DNA of 64,000 nt from an uncultured Chloroflexia bacterium (GTDB taxonomy: Bacteria > Chloroflexota > Chloroflexia > QHBQ01 > JADMIH01): positions 480,001-544,000 of the forward strand of contig CAWCNY010000003.1 in assembly GCA_963797095.1 (NCBI GenBank), written 5' to 3'. The notes beneath the pieces are model-generated. The model saw nothing but the letters and a program-made list of their open reading frames with translations, searched no databases and had not been told where the DNA came from. This document shows, piece after piece, positions 10,720 to 20,880 of the stretch; the stretch's first letter is position 1; each line of letters begins with the position of its first letter. Position numbers and translations under genes: made by a program.

Positions 10720-11420
10720 GTCTCTACTCGACAAGCGAACGCCTTGATTAGCTCGCTTGTATTGCGCGTGATCGGTATGCCGTGACCCATGCAGAGCACT
10801 TGTACACCCATACCTGCCACCTTCTGGATGGAGCGTATGTCCTCGGCCATATCGACGGTGACAGGAGCGAACGGCAAGGTGAGGTGGCGGGGCCAGACAC
10901 CCATCATCACGTCACCACAGAAAAGGACCTTGCGCTCCGGCTGCCAGAAGGCTATATGGCCGGGGACGTGGCCCGGAGTGGAAACCACATGCAAGCCACC
11001 CATCGCTTCCTCTATCACATCACCATCGTTGAGGATGCGGGCAACGGGAGTCGAGGGGAAAGTGGATGGAGGCAAGGGTAGATAGCGCCATATACCGCTC
11101 ATTGTGTCCCTGGGACGCCCAACTATTGGCTGCCCATCCTGTATTACGGCGCTCTCAGGCGCGGAGGCGTATACATCCGCCCCGGTGGCCTTTTGGAACT
11201 CTTGCAAGCCGCCCACGTGATCAGGGTGGGCATGGGTGATGAGGATACGCTTCACATCTACCGGAGCGTAACCCAACCCGCCCAACTGCTTCAGGATGCG
11301 CTTGGGCGCGAGGGAAAGCCCCGTATCAATGATCGTCAACCCGTCGGGGTCTTCGATCATATAGACACGGCCCACCAGGAGACCGGTGAAGGTATATAAG
11401 CCGGGAAGGATCCTTCTCAA
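10689..11420 (-). CDS. MBL-fold metallo-hydrolase
   Basis: IDTG, THAHPDHVGG, TPGHVPGH, GD, GHG motifs; start codon uncertain. Confidence 0.88.
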   Translation of the reverse strand: MRRILPGLYTFTGLLVGRVYMIEDPDGLTIIDTGLSLAPKRILKQLGGLGYAPVDVKRILITHAHPDHVGGLQEFQKATGADVYASAPESAVIQDGQPIVGRPRDTMSGIWRYLPLPPSTFPSTPVARILNDGDVIEEAMGGLHVVSTPGHVPGHIAFWQPERKVLFCGDVMMGVWPRHLTLPFAPVTVDMAEDIRSIQKVAGMGVQVLCMGHGIPITRNTSELIKAFACRVETSSKFQVPSS

Positions 11421-11423
11421 TTC

Positions 11424-11498
11424 GGTAGTTCGGTAGTCGGTGTTCGGTAGTCGGTAGTCGGTAGCGTGAGTATTCTCTGGCTACCGACTACCGATTAC
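11424..11498. repeat. GGTAGTC-type heptamer array followed by inverted copies (hairpin)
   Basis: About six GGTAGTC-like units at 11424-11465; GGCTACCGACTACCGATTAC at 11479-11498. Confidence 0.85.
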
Positions 11499-11503
11499 GG
11501 TTC

Positions 11504-13502
<1,999 letters not shown>

Positions 13503-13512
13503 AGGGTTCCCT

Positions 13513-14535
13513 CTAGCTGGAAAGAGCCAGGTCGAGGGCAGCCAAAACGGCAGGCTCATCCCCGAAATCCTGGGTATAGCGCTCAGCAAACTGCTCGCGC
13601 GTGTAAGAGTGGGCCTGCGTCCCATAGCTCTCAACGGCATAAACGGCGGCCAGTGAGGCCACCCTACCTGCTCTCTGGAGGTCAAGACCGGCGTTAAGGC
13701 CGAATATGAGGCCGCCCAGGTATGCATCGCCCGCGCCTACGGGGTCAACTACTTTCTCTGTGGAAGCGGGCGGGATGGCGGCCACTTCATCACGGGTCAT
13801 GATGACCGAACCGTGCTTGCCTTTGGTGCAGATCACCATCCCGGCGTGTTCGAGTATGGCCTGCTGGTCCATTCCCGTCTTATCGCGGATTAGCTCGTAC
13901 TCGTAGTCGTTGGCGAAGACCGCTTTCGCGCCGCGCACACCCTCGGCGAGTTCTTCTCCGGTCATGCGGATGATCTGCCAGATGGGTACATATATATAAG
14001 GAATGTTCAGTTCCTGGCATTCGCGGGTGAACTTGATGATAGGCTCAGGCTCGGTTGGCCCGATCACTACCGTCTCAATCTCATCACGTGGGATCGACTT
14101 AAGCGAGCGCGCCTTGTCGTGAGCCATAGCACCGGTGTAAAAGCCTGTGATCTGGTTGTTATCCAGGTCAGTGGTGATGTAGCAGGTGGCGGTGAATTCG
14201 TCGGGGACCACCTCCACATAGGAGGTATCGATGCCAAGCGCGTGCATCTCATCGCGATAGGCTGCCCAGTCGTTAGCGCCCACCGACACAAAAAGAGAGG
14301 GTGGCGCACCCAGCAAGGCCATCGTGTAGGCAACGTTGGCGGCCACCCCTCCGCGTTGACGCTTCAATGTGTTCACGAGGAACGAGAGGTTGAGCACGTG
14401 GATCTTGTCGGGCATTATGTGATCTTTGAAATAGCCCGGGAAGTCCATGATGTTATCGTAGGCTACGGAACCGGTGATTATTGTCGATTTTGGTCGCCCA
14501 GAGGGCACCCGGATTTCGGATTTCGGATTTATCAT
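13513..14535 (-). CDS. PfkB carbohydrate kinase, probable adenosine kinase
   Basis: TGSVAYD, GGVAANVAY, NQITGFYTGAM, DPVGAGDAY; context next to ahcY. Confidence 0.85.
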   Translation of the reverse strand: MINPKSEIRVPSGRPKSTIITGSVAYDNIMDFPGYFKDHIMPDKIHVLNLSFLVNTLKRQRGGVAANVAYTMALLGAPPSLFVSVGANDWAAYRDEMHALGIDTSYVEVVPDEFTATCYITTDLDNNQITGFYTGAMAHDKARSLKSIPRDEIETVVIGPTEPEPIIKFTRECQELNIPYIYVPIWQIIRMTGEELAEGVRGAKAVFANDYEYELIRDKTGMDQQAILEHAGMVICTKGKHGSVIMTRDEVAAIPPASTEKVVDPVGAGDAYLGGLIFGLNAGLDLQRAGRVASLAAVYAVESYGTQAHSYTREQFAERYTQDFGDEPAVLAALDLALSS

Positions 14536-14579
14536 GGTTGGTACTGCTTTATTGCTTATCGCTAATTTGGTTGGTGGGA

Positions 14580-15659
14580 TCAGCTAATTCGGTCGTGTGT
14601 CCACTGCCGGATGGCATCTTCAAACGGTGGCCTGGCAATGCCAAACTCAGTGATTATAGCACTAATGAGGCTATTTGGGGTAACGTCGAAGGCCGGGTTG
14701 AAGGTCGAGGTACCCTCCGGCGCGTAAAGTTTGCCGCCGTGATGGGTGATTTCCTGTGGTTTGCGCTCCTCGATGACTATGCTTTTGCCCTGGAAAGTGG
14801 ATGGGTCGATGGTGGAGAGGGGTGCGACCACGTAGAAGGGTATGCGGTGGTGGTGGGCCAGCACCGCCAGTCCGTAGGTGCCGATCTTGTTGGCGGTGTC
14901 GCCGTTGGCGGCCATGCGGTCGGCTCCCAGGATCACGGCATCTACTTTGCCCGACTGCATAAGGGGAGCGGCCATGTTATCGGCGATGAGAGTATGGGGT
15001 ATAGCCCAGCGGGCAAGCTCCCAGGTGGTAAGGCGGGCACCCTGCAAAAGTGGGCGGGTTTCATCCACCCATACGTGAAGACGCTTGCCCTGATTGTGAG
15101 CCGTGTAGATCACCCCCAGAGCCGATCCGATACCACCTGCGGCCAGTGGCCCTGTGTTGCAGTGGGTTAGCACGTCCATTCCATCGAGCAACAGACCGGC
15201 CCCGAATCCGCCCATACGATTGTTTGCCTCGGTGTTTTCCTCGTCTACATGTCGAGCGGTATCGTATACAGCCTGCTTTACTGTGTGAAAGTCACCCGAA
15301 GGGGCAGCGCTGCGAGCGGCGTCGAGAACCCGATCGAGCGCCCAGGCAAGGTTGACGGCCGTGGGGCGCGTAGAGCGAAGGATCTGAGCGGCAGCGCCTA
15401 GGTCGTCCAACAGAGAAGGGATATCTGCGGCTTGAGAAGCATTGGCCGCCAGAGCCAGTCCATACGCGGCGGCGATCCCGATCACAGGTGCGCCACGCAC
15501 TTTAAGGGTGCTGATGGCATCGGCAAGTACATCAATAGCTCGGCAATCTATGAAGCTCAGTTCCGCCGGTAGCAGGGTCTGGTCGATCAGTCTGAGGGTG
15601 CCGACGGGCAGCCATTCAACCGCCGTGTGCAATTCGGATTTTGTATCTCGAACTAGCAA
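14580..15659 (-). CDS. mtnA: S-methyl-5-thioribose-1-phosphate isomerase
   Basis: VRGAPVIG, RPTAVNL, THCNTG, DETRPLLQGARLT, ANKIGTY, NPAFDVTP. Confidence 0.95.
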   Translation of the reverse strand: MLVRDTKSELHTAVEWLPVGTLRLIDQTLLPAELSFIDCRAIDVLADAISTLKVRGAPVIGIAAAYGLALAANASQAADIPSLLDDLGAAAQILRSTRPTAVNLAWALDRVLDAARSAAPSGDFHTVKQAVYDTARHVDEENTEANNRMGGFGAGLLLDGMDVLTHCNTGPLAAGGIGSALGVIYTAHNQGKRLHVWVDETRPLLQGARLTTWELARWAIPHTLIADNMAAPLMQSGKVDAVILGADRMAANGDTANKIGTYGLAVLAHHHRIPFYVVAPLSTIDPSTFQGKSIVIEERKPQEITHHGGKLYAPEGTSTFNPAFDVTPNSLISAIITEFGIARPPFEDAIRQWTHDRIS

Positions 15660-15709
15660 CTATTCACCAATCTTACCTTTTGCTATGCTCCGGGTCGCGA
15701 TTCGCGCAC

Positions 15710-15739
15710 AAAAAAAGTTCTCCCGGCAGGAGAGAACTG
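15710..15739 (-). terminator. Intrinsic terminator of the SAM-I expression platform
   Basis: Minus strand AGTTCTCTCC-TGCC-GGGAGAACT followed by T7; the AGAGAAC run at the aptamer 3' end is complementary to the 5' arm and could form an antiterminator. Confidence 0.8.
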
Positions 15740-15763
15740 GACATCAGGTATCAGCAAGGTTCT

Positions 15764-15883
15764 CTCTCATCTTTCAGTCCCTGTACGGGCCTGCCGGATT
15801 TGGCACCAACAATCGGGGCAAACGCACCTGATCTGGTTGCCGGGCTTCACGGGGCCGATCCCTCCGCCCATCTCGATAAGAGT
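15764..15883 (-). ncRNA. SAM-I (S-box) riboswitch
   Basis: Minus strand CTCTTATCGAGA..GGCGGAGGGATCGGCCC..TGAAGCCCGGCAACC...GGTGCCAAATCCGGCAG...CTGAAAGATGAGAG matches the SAM-I consensus; lies upstream of mtnA...metK. Confidence 0.95.
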
Positions 15884-15916
15884 CCTGACTATTCGGTTAT
15901 TTATCGGACGATTCTG

Positions 15917-15945
15917 ATCTTATCATAATGGGCTTTGAGTGTCAA
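15917..15945 (-). promoter_or_regulatory. sigma70 promoter for the riboswitch-led operon
   Basis: TTGACA-17 bp-TAAGAT with an extended -10 TG. Confidence 0.75.
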
Positions 15946-15964
15946 GTTTGATCGATCTAGGCAC

Positions 15965-17438
15965 CAGGGCTGATGCAAAGTCAGAATAGTGAGGAAAGAG
16001 CAGCAAATAGCACCTTCATAGGATAGGATGCGAGTTACCGAACAACCATCAAACCTAAGAGAGGTGCTATGTGCCATGAAATGTACCATGCTGCCCTTGA
16101 ACGTGCAACTACCCGATGAGCCGTTTGCCTTCAGCTTGCAGGCTCTAGCTGAACGGTTCCAGACCATAAAGGACCTGCGCCGTCCCAGAGGCGTGCGTTA
16201 CCCACTGCCTGTGGTGCTCACAGTGGCAGTGCTCGCCAAGCTGGCTGGTCACAGCAAGCTTAGAGCAGTGGCAGAGTGGGCGCGGCTGCGCTCCGGCCAA
16301 CTGTGCGATCTGCTTGGCTTTGGAAGATGCACCCTGCCACACCCCACCACATGGAGCCGCATCTTCGCCACGGCTGTCGACCCTTGCGAGTTGGACAAGG
16401 CAGTAAATGGGTTCTTCAAGGAGTTGTGCTTGTGCTCTGCACGTATACAGAAGAAGCGCCGACGCAGAGGTGGTCTTGTAATAGCCATAGACGGCAAGAC
16501 CTTGCGAGATACCATCCCACTTGGGCAGACGCAAGGTGTGCATCTGGTGTGCGCTTACCTACCACAAGCAGGGGTGGTGCTGGCCCAGGTAGAGGTACAA
16601 GAGAAGGCTAACGAGCTAACCGTAGCTCCTACTTTGCTGGACTGGCTCAACTCGACCTGCATGGTGCTGTGATCACAGGAGACGCCATGTTGGCAGAGCC
16701 AATGTTTGCCCAGCGCAACCTGTCTGTTGAGGTGGTAGAAGGTGGGGGAGACTACCTGTGGAAGGTAAAGGATAACCAGCCCCAGTTGCTCGAAGATATC
16801 CGTCTGCTGTTCGACCCGCCACCCGCAAGCAAGACTGAAGCCTCTCTCTTTCCTGTGCCAGCCGACCTGCAGTGGGCAAGCAGCACCAACAAAGGACATG
16901 GACGAGTGGAGGAGAGGCAGATATGGGTGAGCAGTCTGCTCAAAGGCTACTCGGATTGGCCTTATCTGGAGCAAGTGTTCAAGCTCAAGTGCCGAGTGGA
17001 GGACAGGCTGGGACAGATACGTGAGACAGTGCATTATGGAGTAACCAGCCTGCCATGCACGACAGCCTCTCCACACAGGCTCCTACAGGTAGTGAGAGAG
17101 CATTGGGGAATAGAGAATGGTCTACATCACCGAAGGGACGTGAGCCTGGATGAAGACCATTCTCAGGTGAGATTGGGTGGTGCCCCACGTGTGATGGCTA
17201 CACTCAATAGCGTTGTGGTGGGGCTGGTTGTTCACCACGCACGCTGTGCAACAGACAGCGCTGCCAATCTACCTGCTGCACAGCGTGCCTTCCACTATCG
17301 CCTTGATCGCGCTCTATGGTCTTATCAATACCGCCATGGCCACCCGCACACCCACAGCCGCCACCGGCCACACTACTTGCGTCTGGTACCCACTCAATCT
17401 ATTGCTGGGGCTGCCTAGATGACTTTGCATCAGCCCTG
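15965..17438 (+). mobile_element. ISAs1-family insertion sequence
   Basis: Perfect 19-bp terminal inverted repeats CAGGGCTGATGCAAAGTCA (15965-15983, 17420-17438); flanks ATCTAGGCAC and ATCAAGGCAC form a 10-bp target duplication with one mismatch. Confidence 0.92.
16076..17418 (+). pseudogene. ISAs1 DDE transposase, frameshifted near 16650
   Basis: D.RR.RGVRYPL, IAIDGKTLR, KANE, ITGDAM, VKDNQP, KGHGRVEER, HWGIENGLH..RDV split over two frames. Confidence 0.88.
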
Positions 17439-17541
17439 ATCAAGGCACATAAAGGGCCCTATACCCTCAGCTGGGCTTCTCCTCACGCGGACAGATAGCG
17501 GCATGGGCTATCAAAAAGGGGCTGGTGCAGTAGGATTCTTC

Positions 17542-18903
17542 CTATACCCGCACGTCGAAACGGGGGATTGCCTGGGGTCTGGAGTCGTTTGGCCCCTCAG
17601 ACAGCACGGACTGCTTGCGGTCGGGCCGCCTGGTATAGTTGAGCCTTGAGAGGAGATTAGCGAGAGCTTCAAGGCTGGCGAGGTTGTTGGCTGGAAGGAA
17701 GTCGTCCACGTATTGAAGGGCGGCAGCCATGCCCCGCGTGAGGGGCCGGTACCCGCGCACGCCAAGCAGGGGGTTCAGCCAGATGAGGCGGAAGGACACC
17801 CGCTGAAGGTGGGCCATCTCGGAGGTTAGTAGGGCCGGGTCACCCCGATCCCAGCCGTCGCTGATGATGCACACCACCGCCCCGTGACCGAGCACCCGGC
17901 GCGCCCACTTTGTGTTAAAAGTGCGCAAGGCCTCGCCCAGGCGGGTACCGCCCGACCAATCGGTGACATGCCGGGACACTTCGGAGAGCGCCCGATCTAC
18001 GTCGCGCATTTTCAACTGCCTGGTGATGCGGGTGAGCCTGGTGCCAAAGAGAAAGACCTCGGAATTGACGACACCGCGATGGAGCGTGTGGAGAAAGTAG
18101 AGAAACATGCGGGTGTAGGGAGCCATCGAGCCGCTGACATCGCAAAGGACCACCAGGGGCCGGGGCTTGCGGCGCGGGCCAAGAGTGAGCAGACGATAGG
18201 CAACCCCCTCCGTGCGCATAGCGCGGCGCACGGTGCGGCGAAAATCGAGCCTGCGGCCGCGGCGCACGGGGGCAAGGCGGCGGGTGCGGCGCATCCCAGG
18301 CTCCCATTCCCAGGTCGAAAGGAGCAGCCTGGCCGACGTAAGCTCCTCCTCGGTAAAGCTGGCGAAATCAATATGCCGCAACCGTTCTTGAGCACTATAC
18401 AGCAGCATCTGGCTCACCTCGTCCAGCAGATCATCGGGGTTTGCCTCGTCCGAGGCATCGCTACCGCTGTCCATCAGCGTGGTCCGCTCGATCATCGGCA
18501 AGATATCGGGCCGGCGCATTGTTTGGTCGGTTTGCTGCTCAGGCTGTGCCCTGATCATGCCGTTGGAGGAATTGAGAGAGCCTGTGTCGGAGGGGATAAT
18601 GATCTGGCGGGTGCGGCCCCAGAACTGCCGGAATGTCAGGTCGAATCGAGGCAGGTCCTCTTTGCGCGAGCAGAGAAGGGCACGGGCGGCAAAGTAGATC
18701 GTATCGCGGTCGGCGGGGTCGAGCGCGGGGAGGATGCGAAGGAGGTCTTGCACCTGGCCTGGGGAGAGTTGAACGCCGTTTCGCTTGAGAAGACGCCCGA
18801 ACTCGATCCATCGCCGGGCAAGCTTATTGCCCAGCTTCTCAAGGGCAGGATTATCGGAGGGATGAAGCGGCGCGGAGCCGTTACTGGCCGGCGGTCGTGC
18901 CAT
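17542..18903 (-). CDS. coxE: CoxE-like VWA domain protein
   Basis: LCDVSGSM MIDAS, FGTRLTRIT, DWSGGTRLG, ISDGWDRG, IWLNPL. Confidence 0.88.
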   Translation of the reverse strand: MARPPASNGSAPLHPSDNPALEKLGNKLARRWIEFGRLLKRNGVQLSPGQVQDLLRILPALDPADRDTIYFAARALLCSRKEDLPRFDLTFRQFWGRTRQIIIPSDTGSLNSSNGMIRAQPEQQTDQTMRRPDILPMIERTTLMDSGSDASDEANPDDLLDEVSQMLLYSAQERLRHIDFASFTEEELTSARLLLSTWEWEPGMRRTRRLAPVRRGRRLDFRRTVRRAMRTEGVAYRLLTLGPRRKPRPLVVLCDVSGSMAPYTRMFLYFLHTLHRGVVNSEVFLFGTRLTRITRQLKMRDVDRALSEVSRHVTDWSGGTRLGEALRTFNTKWARRVLGHGAVVCIISDGWDRGDPALLTSEMAHLQRVSFRLIWLNPLLGVRGYRPLTRGMAAALQYVDDFLPANNLASLEALANLLSRLNYTRRPDRKQSVLSEGPNDSRPQAIPRFDVRV

Positions 18904-19849
18904 GCTCCAGTGCCTCCCTGGATGCTGCCGTCACCAGGGCATCGAGCGATTGGCCTCGCACCAGTTCTATATCTTCCTGGTGCTTGAGCAAGGCACCGAG
19001 AGTGTCGGCAACTACCTGAACGGTGAGAGTCTGCTGGTCGAGGGCCAGCAGAGCAGCCGCCCAATCGAGGGTTTCGGCCACACCGGGCAGCTTGTAGAGG
19101 TCCATGTGGCGCAGCTGCTGAACGAGGCCGACCACCTGCAGAGCCAGCGTCCGGGGCGTGCCGGGAAGACGAGCGTCGAGCACCGCAAGCTCTTTGTCGA
19201 AAGTGGGATAGTCGATCCAGTGGTAGAGGCAGCGGCGCTTGAGGGCGTCGTGTATCTCGCGGGTGCGGTTGCTGGTGATCACCACGGCAGGTGGTTGCTT
19301 GGGACGGAATGTGCCAACCTCCGGCACGGTAACCTGGAAGTCGGATAGCAACTCCAGGAGGAAGGCCTCGAACTCTTCATCGGCGCGATCAAGCTCGTCT
19401 ATCAAGAGCACAGGGCGTCCCTCGCCCCGGTAGGTGACGGCCTGAAGCAGTGGGCGCTCTATCAGGAAATCGGGGCCGAACAGGTGCTGCTCCTCCAGTT
19501 GGGTAGCCGGGGAGTGAAAGTCTGCTATCTGGCCCGCCTCGCCTGTGCCTTGAGCGCCACGGATGCGCGCCTCCAGCAGGCGGATATGCATCATCTGCCG
19601 GGCGTAATTCCACTCATAGACGGCGGTGCTGACATCAAGGCCCTCGTAGCACTGAAGCCTGATCAGGTTGGTGCCCAGCATCAAAGCGAGGGTCTTGGCG
19701 ACCTCGGTCTTGCCAACGCCCGCTTCCCCCTCAAGGAAGAGGGGTTTGGGCAGGGTGAGGCTGAGAAAGAGAGAGGTGGCAAGCCCTCGCTCCGCCACAT
19801 ATTTGTGTTGAGCGAGGGCTTCTTGTACATCGTTTACTGATGAGAACAT
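18881..19849 (-). CDS. coxD: CoxD-like MoxR AAA+ ATPase
   Basis: GEAGVGKT Walker A, RLQCYEG, LLIDELDRAD Walker B, DALKRRC. Confidence 0.9.
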   Translation of the reverse strand: MFSSVNDVQEALAQHKYVAERGLATSLFLSLTLPKPLFLEGEAGVGKTEVAKTLALMLGTNLIRLQCYEGLDVSTAVYEWNYARQMMHIRLLEARIRGAQGTGEAGQIADFHSPATQLEEQHLFGPDFLIERPLLQAVTYRGEGRPVLLIDELDRADEEFEAFLLELLSDFQVTVPEVGTFRPKQPPAVVITSNRTREIHDALKRRCLYHWIDYPTFDKELAVLDARLPGTPRTLALQVVGLVQQLRHMDLYKLPGVAETLDWAAALLALDQQTLTVQVVADTLGALLKHQEDIELVRGQSLDALVTAASREALEHGTTAGQ

Positions 19850-19865
19850 AGGTTGTTGATCTTAC

Positions 19866-20720
19866 TTACGCTCTACCTTTCGCGGTTTCTACGGCGCGGG
19901 TGGCGACTACTTCGGCCAGGTGTTTGCGATAGTCAGCCGAACCGAATAGGTCCGACATCCAGTCTACATCCATTGCGCCGATCGTGCCAACAGCACCCTT
20001 GAGATCGTTGTCGGCCAGGCGGGTGCCTTTCAGAGCGTTCTCGGCATCGGTCAGGCGGAACGGCCTGGCAGCCGCACCCGTTATTCCGAGGGCTATGTCG
20101 CTGCACGTGCCGTCACCATCGAGCGAGACAACGGCGGCAACACCCACAAGCGCGTAGTGTGACGCTTTGTTGCGCACCTTTACGTAGGCCGAGCCTGCGT
20201 TGCCTGTGGACCTGGGCACGCGGATGGAAGTGATGATCTCGCCTGGCTCAAGAGCCGTGGTAAAGAGATCGATGAAGAAGTCGCCTGCGGCGATCTCACG
20301 GCTGTTGGTGACGATTGTCGCGCCGAGGGCAAGGACGGCTGCCGTGGCGTCGGCTGCGGGGTCGGCGTGGGCGATGCTGCCGCCCAGAGTGCCCCGCGCC
20401 CGTACCTGGGCATCGCCGATTGAGCGGGCCATCTCGGCCAGCAGCGAGCAACCGTCGGCTATATCGCCGTTGGTGTGCACCTGGTAGTGGGTCGCCATCG
20501 AACCGATCTCAAGCGAGCCGTTGCTGGCACGTATCTCCTTTAGCTGGGAGATGCGGCCCAGGTCAACCAGCAGAGTTGGCGCGGCAAGGCGCAACTTCAT
20601 CGTAGGGATCAGGCTGTGACCGCCCGCCAGCAGCTTGGCATCATCGCCGCCGTCGCGGAGCGCGCTCAAGGCTTCGTCCAGCGTGCCGGGGGCCACGTAA
20701 TCAAATTCCTTAGGTATCAT
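19866..20720 (-). CDS. coxM: Molybdo-flavoenzyme FAD subunit (CoxM/CutM-like)
   Basis: AGGHSLIP.MKLRLA, RGTLGGSIAHADPAAD; GGAGG RBS before ATG at 20720. Confidence 0.88.
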   Translation of the reverse strand: MIPKEFDYVAPGTLDEALSALRDGGDDAKLLAGGHSLIPTMKLRLAAPTLLVDLGRISQLKEIRASNGSLEIGSMATHYQVHTNGDIADGCSLLAEMARSIGDAQVRARGTLGGSIAHADPAADATAAVLALGATIVTNSREIAAGDFFIDLFTTALEPGEIITSIRVPRSTGNAGSAYVKVRNKASHYALVGVAAVVSLDGDGTCSDIALGITGAAARPFRLTDAENALKGTRLADNDLKGAVGTIGAMDVDWMSDLFGSADYRKHLAEVVATRAVETAKGRA

Positions 20721-20735
20721 GTTATCCTCCGGGTT

Positions 20736-20880
20736 GGGTTCGTAGTTCCTGGTTCCAAGTTCCAAGTTGATGGTAGTCGGTAGTCGGTAGTCGGTAGTCG
20801 GATCTTCGGGCTAAATACTCGCCACTCGCCACTCGCCACTCGCCACTCGCCACTCGCCACTCGTCACTCGTCACTCGTCA
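20736..20880. repeat. Compound heptamer array: AAGTTCC-like units, (GGTAGTC)x4, (ACTCGCC)x6, (ACTCGTC)x3
   Basis: Read directly; fills most of the coxL-coxM intergenic space. Confidence 0.95.

Noticed and set aside
18799-18806. Further frameshifts at CGAACTCG/CGAGTTCG in coxE and near 2920
   Set aside because: Both frames read through sensibly (WIEFGR, PFEFG), so these are natural occurrences
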